From Bugula neritina (taxonomy: Eukaryota; Animalia; Bryozoa), in contig OZ037770.1 of the NCBI GenBank assembly GCA_964035545.1, forward strand, positions 1,178,001 to 1,242,000: DNA of 64,000 bases. The letters run 5' to 3'. Position 1 is the stretch's first letter, and each line of letters opens with the position of its first letter. Of the stretch, positions 29,981-42,010 are shown one piece after another. Both the position numbers and the translations under genes were made by a program. The notes beneath the pieces are model-generated. The model was given only the letters and a program-made list of their open reading frames with translations. It was not told the origin of the DNA and searched no databases.

Positions 29981-32900
29981 ACATAACCTATCACGTAATG
30001 TGTAATACTGACATTATATTGTATTTCTGAAGCACTTTATTTATAAGTGTGATGTATCACCAGTGTCAAAAGACAGTCTCAATTACAAGTCTTTAATATA
30101 TAATATTTCTCATAATGAATTTAGATGTATTTTATTTGTCACTTATTAGGCATTTGCATTGCTTAAATATAATATAATCTTAAGATTATACAATTATATT
30201 ATGTAATAGTTGAATTGATTAATAAATTATAATATATTGTTTAGTATAGATTATAAATCGAACTCAAACATTATCCTTGTTCTACAATTATATTACCACA
30301 CTTTTTAATGTTTTTTTTCTAGTGCAAATTTCAAAAACTTGTTGAATACAACTTACATAAATAAGATAATTATATATACATAAAATTGCTAATACTATAG
30401 TGAAGAACCATACAACTGTGGTTTAGTGTTTATAGGCCATCATCCCAGTATAGGTTCTAGGTTTAAATTTAGGCTTTATATCAAGTCAGAATCACAAATG
30501 TAGGTTTATAATCGCCATCCAGACTTCTTCACATGCAAAGTAGCTGAATGCTGAGACTGAATGCTTTTCTCCACATCAAAGAGGGAGATTGAACTGTTGA
30601 CCTTGTGTTCCCTGAGTCAGTGCTTTAGCCACAGCTGCTTCTCCCTACATATATAATTTCTCTCAAGTTATAATTTATTAAAAAAGCTGTTATGTTTTAA
30701 TGATTCAATACTAGTTTATAGGTTTGAACCCCATAAAAAAGGTAATTAATGATGTTAAGAAAATTATCCAATCATAACAGAGTTGTGGTGCCACAGTAGA
30801 TGGAAGCTTTTAAAGTTTAAACTATGATACGCATAGTTTTCAATTTTCTCAAAATCCACGTTATTGTCTCAAAAGGGTGGAAAAGCTACCCGCTTAAGAT
30901 TGTTAAAACGCAAAAACAATTTATACACATACACTATAGCTTAGAATATTATTTTATACTGCCAATTATATAATACGTACCGTCGTCAACATATATGTAG
31001 TATTTTCTAACGCATTAATAATTAATATCTATAAAGTGTAAGCTTGTAATTAAAATATCTAAACCTGTACGGTACAAAATCAAAGTAAATAGGAAATATT
31101 AGCAATGCACTATTATAAATTTGACATTATAGTTACCAAATTATAAATTGGTTAAAGGGTGCTTTAAAGTTTAAACAAACAGCAACTTTCAGCTCTTTGA
31201 AGAACTAGAAATATTGATCTGCATGTATATATATATATTTACTAACAGAGAGTATATAATATATTGTCAATTCTTAGCAGCTTCATCTATCATACAAAAA
31301 TGATAATTTAATTCATAGGAGTATTTTAAAAAGCCGGATTCTATAAGTTAAGTTTTTAATATAATGTTAAAATTTGGAGTGCAGATTTAAAATTATTTAT
31401 TGTTGAGTCTCTTGTTTAGAATGCAAAAAGTTTCTCAATTTCTCTATCACTGCTCCAACCTCAATACTTGGAATCATTGTACTAGTCTAAGGTATAATGC
31501 CCAACATGTACTTTTTTTGAGCTTTGAATTATGAACTTCACTTATCCATGAAAAGTATTAAATATTCATATGAATGGACTAATTCCTTCGAGTAAATCTA
31601 GATGACAGGAAATCAATAATGACATCATAGCATGTCTTTCAAGTCATATCAAGTGTTCTCGAATCAGTGCATATAAACACTTAACATCACCACAAGTTCC
31701 TTTTGGTGTTCGCATGTATTTTCATATTACATATTCATACGTGATTGAAACAACAAGACTCTAGTGTAGTACACATATTAAATTAAATATTCGTTTGTTT
31801 CATAATATATTGTTTTCAATTCAATATATCTCATATATGTCAAAATGTTTATTAAGGTAGCTCATTTTTTATTCAAATCCTAAGGTTGGTATTTTAACTG
31901 TATTATAGTATTACATTACATTACTTTAGATGATACTATAATATTGTATTACAATACAATATATATAAACATTATATTACAGTACATAATAAAAGGCTAT
32001 ATTTTATATTATATTTAATTGTACTATATTATATTATTGTATAATATTATGTTATATGTTATATTATGTTATATTATATCACATTGCATTATGATAGGCT
32101 ATATTATATCACATTAAATCATATTATATTATATTATATTGTATTATATTATATTACATTATAATATTATGTTATATTATATCATACTCCATTGCTATGA
32201 AGTTAATAAACAAGCACTAAAACAATTAGGAATTGTCCCCACAAAACCTGCTATGGTTAGTAGTGAAATTGAATTATTCAACTTTGAGACACTGAGTAAG
32301 CTAAGCTCTAAAGACTTTAGCTTATAAAGTACAATGTCTTAAGTTATCACTATGATAATATTAGCACTCTAGTATAGCTTGTATTACATAACTGCATAAC
32401 ACACATATTATTATCATGACATCATGGGTATTAGAATAATAGTTGTTGGTTTTATGAATGCCCATTATAAATAAAGAACTTATTATCTTTCTGCTATGTT
32501 ATGTAATCTATAATCTTCTCTCTAACTTAATCAAAGCCTATCCACTCCTGTGAGAACCCCTGATTACAAAAAATTTGTCTCTTCATGCTGAGGGCCTTAC
32601 TGTGGAACTAGAATAATTTTGATTGGTTGCTCCTCATGACATCACCAATGACAGCAAGACCCCAACCCCCCTCACTTTCCCTTTTATATGTACTTCACCA
32701 ACTCATTACATAGCTGCCCTTCTGTATATAAACACCAAATAATAAAGAATTATTGATATATAAAGAGCTATACTACATAGCTTTTAGCATTAAGTATCGT
32801 CAAGTGTGTCACAGGGGAACACAACTCTGTAGCTTTTGTCACAGTTACAAATGAATATGACTGAAATAAAACAAGAAATATAACAATTAGCTGTTACAAG

Positions 32901-34104
32901 CTATAAAATATAATAGTCTATATTATGTAGCTAGACTTTAGCCTGACTCTGGCCAAGCTTAGGCTATCTCAATTTCTCCACTATGCTGCTCTTAAATGAA
33001 TTTCAGCAACAACAATGTTTTGAAAGTTTCCCAAATTGTAGCACAGCAAAAATGATGACATATAGCCAAAGATAGCAGAAATTCGGACTTAGTAAGATAG
33101 CTCAATGACTACTAGATGATCTCTATTGATTTATAGAAACTAAAACAATTCAAATACCGCTTTTACTTTAGTCCTCTTGCCTGGCTTGCTAGTTTTACAA
33201 CTCACAAATCAAAATCGGCACAAAGCATTGATTGACTTAAACTAACTTTGGACAATTTTTCTGTAAATTCAATGTTTCAAGTTTCTTTTAACTTGTAAGT
33301 CACGAAAGTTATAGATTGTATCTTGTTAAAAAGAATTAGTTATTACCACACTCTGAGATTTTGATGGTACATAAAAATTCCAAGTCAATCTTGAAAGAAC
33401 TACAAAAAGCCACATGTTGATGGAGACATTATTTACTGCCTACTAAACATGACTGCTCTAAATTTGTTAGTTGGTGGGCCAGGATATTGCAGAGGTTAGT
33501 ACAGGGCGGACATAAACTGCCCACAAAACGTTGAGTAGTACTACACAGTAATACAGTACTATACAAGTTAACATCCATTCGCTAGTAAAAATAATTATTT
33601 TAATATGAGTTTAATGGAGTATCATGTGCAGCATATTTTATATAAATGTATATAAGTTTACAAGTCCAAATTGACATCTATAGGCAGGTAGTTGATTAAT
33701 TTGATAATGATGACATGAGCCACAATGTGACTTGATTCAAAACTTTAAGTAGAGCTGGTTTTGAAGACTAGGATAAGTGAATTGAAAGTATTTATTATAA
33801 AAGCTATGTACAAAAGGATGAAAATACAGCACGCTAAAAATATTCCATACTTAATCCTTGTTAATAATGAGTCTTTTTCAACAAATGAGAGCTTGCATGT
33901 AGGTTGATCAAGTAATATTAGCATAAGAGATTTAACTGTATCAACTTTGAGTTTAACACAAAAACTGTCTTTATTATAAGCAAATTAGTGTTTAATCAGA
34001 GTCCGTGTGGTTATTTATAGGCAAGTAGTACAATAATTATAGCAAAATGGTTGTACTAAGAGTAAATTTAGCTGCTCAATAAGTCAGTTCTATCAGTTAG
34101 GTGT

Positions 34105-37100
34105 TCAGTCTTTACGCAGATGTTTTTCAATCCATTTGATGAAAGCCATGATAGCTTTCCTTTCCGTGCTTGGAGGTTTGGTCTCAGACTGTTTGGTGGT
34201 AGTGGTGGGTTTCACAGTAGTTGTGATTGGTTCAGGGGTTGTTGTGGTTGGCTCCATAGTGCCTTCAGTCGAGGTTAAACTCATCTGAAACTTCCACAGC
34301 TTTTCCTCACAGATTCTCTCACAGGGTTGAGGTTCTGCCGGTAGTGAGTCAAACACGTCACTTTCTACACAAATGCCGTTGTAGAAGAAGGGTAGATAGG
34401 GATCCTTGTCCACCGTGTAGCACTTGAGTCCTGGTATGCACCTGAAAGAATCAGAAGATTTGAATAACTAACATGTAGAAGAACAGTGGTGACAGAATCT
34501 ATAAATAGTTCTTTCTTTAAAGAATGACAAAACATGTTCTGACCATAGATATTAGAAGAGTTCTACCCATCATGTTACCCTAGACAACATAATAAGACCT
34601 ACTAAAAACTTTAATTGAAATAATTTGACATACTGAGCTATTAGTTAAGTGAGATGTTCTATAAATAAAACATCAAAAGAATTCATTTCATAAGAAAACC
34701 TGCACACAGGGCTATTTTTAATAAGTTTGGGAGGTGATTAGGTACAAGCAGTCACACAACAAATAATTGCATTTTATTTCCTACTCCCATTTAGTTCAGT
34801 TCCATAAACTTACAAATAGATTAATTGAGGTGAGGGGTATTTTGCCTGACTGAAATATCAAGAAATTTTTATTGGATCTGTTGCATTAGACTACGTTTAG
34901 TAAAATAGGGAGAGGTGGGTCTTTGAATGTGATAAATGGTCTTCACTGATCGATTCTGCACAATAAAAAATAGGTCACCACTGAGATTGGAACCCAGAGG
35001 CTCCAAAATGGAATGAGCAACTCTAATAGCTGCTCCATATAATCTAAATGTACGAGTACTTTAATGATGCGAAGCTGATATAAAATTATGAGTTAGTGTA
35101 TTTGCTGGCTAATCTTTCAAACTCATCAAATTGGGAAAAACTCCATTTTTTACTGAAAACTTTAGCAATATCCTTTACCAGAAAAGCTTCAAATTCAAAT
35201 TAACTTAGATTTGGAAAACTTTAAAGCTACAAAACAATAAAACACAAAGAACAATGATGTAGCACATGAATTAAATATTGTAACTTAAGATGTATGAGAG
35301 ATAACTGTATGTCAAACGTCCATTTTCATTGAAAATATTTTTCTGTATGATTCATATTTCAACAATTTATTAGAAGGTAATTTTGTATTTGTTGTCATAG
35401 AAAATATTTTAAGCCGATAATTATTTCATAACTACATGCAGAATTTAGATAATCTACTATTCAATAGACAGATGGTATGTTAATGGACAATTGTTTTGTA
35501 ATTACATACAAAGAGATTGAATTTATTGATAAAGCTTTTGAAGTTATTACACAATTTTAGCCCTAATTAGCTCTCCTACTTTGCTAGTTGGTAAATTTCT
35601 GAAATGCTCTAACTTTCATTTAGTTTTTTTATGATTTCTTTTTTGATAGGACCTTTTATAAAGTAATTATAGCTGATGGGTACAATATCCTAAAATGTGA
35701 TATGTGACAAATAGATTTCACAATTTCACAATAGTTTTACATCAAGTAAAGGAAGGACCTTGAAAGTATTTTTGCTATAAGATAAATTTTAAGTCAAGGA
35801 ATGCAGTGTGTAGAAGTTCAGACCCTGCATTGACGTCAAAGAAATTCTTTACAAACTTTGGCTTTTCTTATGGTCAAATTTAGCTGAGAGTTTCAAAGTG
35901 AGAAATCAATGATGAGTGTCAATCAGTTTTGGCAACAGATTTCTGAATTAATTTTACTTCCTCTAATTTTTTTACAAATTGTTGTTTGGCTTCTCTCTGT
36001 AGTTGAGCTCTCTCATGTTTGTCCTAGCTAGAAGTTCTACTTTTCATATTAGACTATGGCCCACTGGGTAAGAAATTCTAGAGAAAATGCGGGACATGCA
36101 GCCAACCCTCCTTTCCCAACTTTCACTACAATATAACTCAGTCCTTCTTTGACCTTGATTCGAATCGGAGAGCATTCTAGAATGCCTATGTTGTGCCCAA
36201 GTATCCGATGTATCCAATGTACTTAGACACTGAATAATGTGTTGAAATTAAGCATTACGTGATGTAACCATGGTAACATGACATTCTCCAGTTCCTACGT
36301 TTGAATTTTAATGACTATCATTAGACGAATTCTAATCTAACCACTTCTACCGTGAACAACTAAGATAGAGTCGTTTTAAGCCTAGCAATGGTCCTGTGCT
36401 TTTACCTCAATACTACGTCACACTCCAACGTGTTCAAATGAATCAACAAGAAATAAACAACAAACAGCTATGACTAGAGGTTAGATTAGCAACTACAATG
36501 TTGTTATTTGTGCATGCTTTGTAGAAATTGATTTATTACATAAGCTTGTCAAAAATCTTAATACGAATAAGCAGATGGTTATCTTTGCCAAAGGTTACTT
36601 AAACTTGTAGAGATAAAAACTGCTGTATACTGAGGATTTTATCGTGATTTAAGGTTTGAGCTCTATCTTCAAAACAAGTGTGGGGAGTAACTCCGTAACT
36701 ATGGTGAAATAAAAGATTAAAATTCCAGGTTGCAGGTGTGGTGAATATCTATACCTGGAGAGATAAGGGGGGATAAATCTATCTTTTCACAAGCAACATC
36801 GCACATTTTTAATTCCCAATAAAGCTCAAGTCACCAACATATATATTTCAAGTTGCAAGTTTTCAATTTCAAACCTTTATTTTTGTGACTATATTAATGT
36901 ACTTTACCAGCAATAAATAACAAATATATATAATTTGTTTAACTTTTTATGGGTTTAAACAATAATTTATTAGCAATTAAAATGTTCTATTAAGAATTGT
37001 GTTGTTTTCCATATATCCAAATGCTCAATCTACTTGTTTTGCTTTGGCTCTAATTAATTAATAATTATCTGGCATTGTAATAAAATGATTAGAAGATTAG

Positions 37101-40100
37101 CTTACAAAATACCACCCTAAAGCAACACCCTTATACCACTTTATACCATTTGTGTGACAATACGAGGTGACTTGCATTAATCTAACACCAACTACTTTAA
37201 GTTTTTCAGTTCATTCTACTAGAGTAAAGCCTGGTAATACACCCCACTTTTTTGTATTTTTTTATAGGTTTTTGCTCAAAATCTTGCAGAATTTGCATAA
37301 AACTATATATTCAAGCCTCTATTCTGAATCTACGTGGGTGGTCTAATTATAGTGGTAGTACTGAATTCTACTAACTTAAAATTCAAAGCTATATATTAGC
37401 TATTCAGGAGGTGGCATGGATTGTTTAATGATTGGTGATTATATTATTAACTTGTATCTAGTTTGTGAAGCTTTTAAGCTATTCATTCCACAGTTTAGCA
37501 GCCAAAACTATATTAACCGTGAATTATTTCAATTTATCTTTTCGTCAACTACCTACTTAAAAGGAAATAGATGCTTACACCAAATAGACTGTTGGAATAA
37601 AGTAAGATAGTTTCAACAACTCAATTGCATTTTTAATATGAAAGATTATGATCCAATAAAAATATATTGTCATGCCAATTTTCAATAAAAAATATCAGCA
37701 CCTAATTTATTTTTATTCCTTTATTAAGTGCATATATACGAGATTTACCTACTGATCTTGTAATTGATAAGTTAGTCAAATTGTTAACTTTATTGCCCAC
37801 TTGTAACTGTATAAATTAAAATAATTATTTAAATTAATCTAATTCATTTCTCCATACTTGACAAACTAGCTCACCTCATTGTAGTAACCAAATCTCAAAC
37901 AATTATTTAATATGAACTTCAAGTAAAACTAATAACAGATATAACTTTTGGGAGATTATTGAAATTGAAAAAGCAGCAAGGTAATCTACCCACCACCAAA
38001 TCCGCCTTTACATTCCTTAGAGTAAAGGTGGTTAAATTCAAAGTGATTTAAGGTAATGTTACATTGTTTATATTTGAATTAAAATAATGGGCTATTCTTT
38101 TACAGTAAGAGTGTTACTGTTGCAAGAAATAACAATGAATAATCCTACACCTGTACACCTGTTTTTCCATTTTTCACATTCCATCTGCGCATCCTTTTAC
38201 TTGAAGTCTTTTTATAGCTGCCGTGAAGGCGTTTGAGGAGGTTTCAAAATTGGTCTCCGTTTATTTTAGTTTCAAATGAGCAGATATTTGTATAGTGAGT
38301 CATTAACAAAAAACTTGCAACATCGATAAAACGTTTAAATTAAAAATATTTGAACATAAAAATAATTTTTTTTAAAACTCACGGTAATTTCTCTGTGCAT
38401 TTCTCGCCAACTTTTTTCCCACATGACTCACAGCAATCGCATTGACCGAGAACTCTCTCTGGTTGGCTACATTTCGGCTCTTGGCACTGGAAAACAGAAA
38501 TTGTGAGTTAATTTACCGTAACCAGAGTTTAGATATAAGATATACTTGATACGGAGATGGATGAGTAAGCTTTAAGTGAGTTGCTTAGCGTTATGTTGAG
38601 ATTATGCAATAATGGTATAACGATAAACTGGTGGTCCCGGGGTTCGAATCCCTGTGGTGGCAATAGTTTTAGCTTTAGGTGAGACCCAACGGCATTACCT
38701 TTTCATTGCGTAGGCTACAGAATAACAGTATATAATATCTCCATTAAGTATTAAATTGCTTTAGGCTGCGTATGGCATTAGTATCTTATATTTACTTGAA
38801 AAAATAGCATTTGGCTATTTTAATGCTAATTTTGAGCAAGTTTAAAACTTTATCCCAATTAACTCACAACTTACAATAGCTATTATTCAATTGGTATAAA
38901 TACTATTATAGGATTATATCTTTTTAATTTGCTATTAAAGCTTGAAGTTATATCCTAACTAAAATTGGTATGCATAATTTTCACCCTTATTATATAACTA
39001 TTTGCACGCCTATTATAAGCAGCTGAGTTGGGTTAAACTAAACTGCAACTATACACCCATTTGTTTAGAATCTCTATTCTCATATAGGGACCAGAGGAGG
39101 CTAGGATTTATTTAGCGATGGAAGTGGGGGTTGTGACATTGCCTCTATGGTCATGCTGGCAACTTTGTGCATGGGCAGAGTGATGAGGGGGCAAGATGGT
39201 AAGAGGGCAAGATGGTAAGAGGGCAACATAGTGAGGGGGCAACATGTTGAAGGGGCAACATGTTGAAAGGGCAAGATGGTAAGAGGGCAAAATGGTAAGA
39301 GGGCAACATAGTGAGGGGGCAACATGTTGAAGGGGCAACATGTTGAAAGGGCAAGATGGTAAGAGGGCAAGATGGTAAGAGGGCAAGATGGTAAGAGGGC
39401 AAGATGGTAAGAGGGCAAGATGGTAAGAGGGCAAGATGGTAAGAGGGCAAGATGGTGAAAGAAGGTTTTCTGCTGCATATATAAGAGTATAAGAGTAAAC
39501 ACTACCAGATGCTCTTTCTGACATCACCAACGTCTTATAGCTAGAAGTCAAGCCAATATGTTCCTATATTGACATTTTGCCCACGTTTGTTGAAAGGAAA
39601 TCAGTTTATTAGCAAACTAAACACAGACAATTTCAAAAATATTCTGTATTCGGTAAAAGGCTACTAGCAAATGATAGCTTAAAAATATTTTGATTTTAGC
39701 TTAAATTTTTAGCGGAAGCTGGTAGGATTTGAACCATTGACTAACAACATGTGTAGCAAGCTAATGTTTAAACTGCTAAAATTTCAACTGTTTTCTTGGT
39801 CATCTCTTTAATTAGGAGCTTTACTAATTTACGTCTGCAACATACCAAAACCCATCATATATAAGACCCTTTTCAAATATTTTATTTCAAATAAATGTTT
39901 GCAAAATTGGTGGTGACTTGTTAGAGCATGAAATCAGTCAGCGCTATCTAATTTTGATTATATAATTGTTTATGGGACTTTGGGATTATAAACATAGAAC
40001 AAACTGACTAAATTAAGTTGCCACCTGAAAAATAATTGCCACCACTGGGATTCGAACCGGAGACCTCTGGCTTGCAAGCAAGTGTGCTAACCATTACACC

Positions 40101-40607
40101 ACAGGAACCACTAGGTAAACTTAACACTACACCCCCCAAACACTTTTAGTGCAAGGATTAACAACAACTGCAAAGTCAAAACAGCTCTCGCCTTTAGCAG
40201 AAATTTCAAAATGTTTATTTCTATTGTCGCAAGATGAAAAATTCTTATTTCTTAAGAATATACATGGCAAAGCCGACAAAGGACCTAATTTTAAAAAGCA
40301 AAGCAATTATAAAAACTGATCTAGTAAAAGCATAGTAATTACTATTTTGATAACAGTTTATGTTGTAAAAAAAGTAGCAAACCACGTATGATATATCTAA
40401 TTCAGTTTTATACAAACCTAACTGCAGTATCAGTACGATAGATTGAATTGTTAGACTTAGACTTAGAGTTACTGTAAGCAAAGATAGTAGCCTACTTACC
40501 GTGCTCAGTTGCTCTTCAAAGCAAGGGTGGCAGGACAAGGCTGAAACTGAGGCTACAAAGCAGCCGGCTAGGAAAAGTAACCATACGACCCTCACATATC
40601 CCTCCAT
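34105..40607 (-). CDS. Secreted single IGFBP N-terminal (insulin-binding) domain protein with Thr/Pro-rich tail (182 aa)
   Basis: Exons 40607-40500, 38486-38383, 34441-34105, with intron phases 0 and 2 consistent. Signal peptide, then 12-Cys pattern CHPC..C..C..QCDCCESC..GEKC..C.PGLKC..GIC typical of the IGFBP N-domain. Confidence 0.82.
39183..39456. repeat. 16-bp minisatellite with higher-order structure (gagggcaagatggtaa / ggggcaacatgttgaa)
   Basis: About 17 units; an 80-bp block of five variant units is itself duplicated. Confidence 0.9.
40028..40130 (-). mobile_element. Short tRNA-derived repeat, family B
   Basis: Minus strand ggttcctgtggtgtaatggttagcacacttgcttgcaagccagaggtctccggttcgaatcccagtggtggcaattattttt. 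A and B boxes present, cloverleaf stems imperfect. Confidence 0.75.
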
Positions 40608-42010
40608 TTTGAATGTTCTAGAGAGATAAACTACAGAATGAAATAGCTTTGTGTAACAAGGGCATCTAATAACTCAAGTCAAATCCACTCACTCAACTGT
40701 ATTTATTGTCATTTACTTTGTGTGAAGTCAGTCATTGGTCAACAGTGTTTCTCAATTGACCAATCAGCTTGAAGGGTTGCCTCAGTTTAAAATTTTTATT
40801 TTGGAGTTATTTCCCTTCATAGAATTATTTTAATATATGAAAAGTGCATCCTACTGCAGTTCGAAAAAGTTTAACTACATTAATTATAGTTACTCATGCA
40901 AACTACATTATTTATCACTGATGAGTAATTATTAATAAGCAATTATTAAAAATTAGTACCACTGTTAATTAGTAATTACTCCACATTGTTCCCACAACTC
41001 CTGAACTTAAGATAAGACCTAGAATTACATAAGAAAATAAAACACTTGGTCTTTATATTTTTCTAACATATTTGATATAAATTCTGCAATTTAATCATTC
41101 AAAATATTATATTCATTTATTGCCGTTGATAATTGTAATATTTGCACCATCTGGTCTTTTAATATCTTTGCTATTATAGCACTTACAAGCAACTAATAAG
41201 CATGGATGACTCATTATGCAACTATGCCAACATCTTAGACTGTAAATAATAGATCTTACAATATGTATTATATATTTCAAAGTATGTTTGTATATAAAAT
41301 CTCTTCAGTATAACGTGATTTTGGAACAATATTAAATAAAATTGAATATAAGTTTATAGACCACAGAGTCTTTAAACGCAATGTTATAGAAGTTGTAATA
41401 CCTATTGGTGATGTTAGAAAGAGCACTCAGTTATAACTGGCCAAATTTCACATTAAGAAAGTTCTTAGCCTGCTAAAACACCTTTTAAAACATGGTCAAT
41501 TCTAGCAGGATGGCAGCATTAACTCAAGTTAGTTTTACACAGACACTACAGCTATACAGCTACCAAAAATTAACAAATGATAATTGATTTAAGTAAATAA
41601 AACATTTATTTTGGTATCACTGAAAAGTTTAAAAATTAATATTTCTCTCTGAAAAAGATAAAAAAAGTTATACTAAATAATTTTTATTTGTAGTTTGCTT
41701 GAATCAAAAGAGTTAACTTATAAAAGGCTTTAAAATTTGAGTAAAATCTTTGATTAGATCAGCATATCTTTCTCAAAGGTCACAAACAAGATTCTGCCAC
41801 TATCAAGATTTCTGATACATCACAAGTTGAGCTGTTCACTGCTGACTTATGTTTGCCAGTTTGTGCTCTAACTAGCCTATATTCAAAGCGTTCTGGTCAG
41901 CTAGAGGAAACCCATGCTGCAGCTTCAACAGGTTGTGGGGATGGCAAGAGTGGATATAGAGGTATTGGCAGGAGTGGATATTGTGATGGTGAAATGGGTG
42001 GAGAGAGATA

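Noticed and set aside
39101-39551. Three overlapping repeat ORFs, and GTAAGA motifs in the 16-bp array
   Set aside because: Minisatellite translations. The donor-like motif is antisense to the host gene and far from any junction, so it was not counted as junction-derived.
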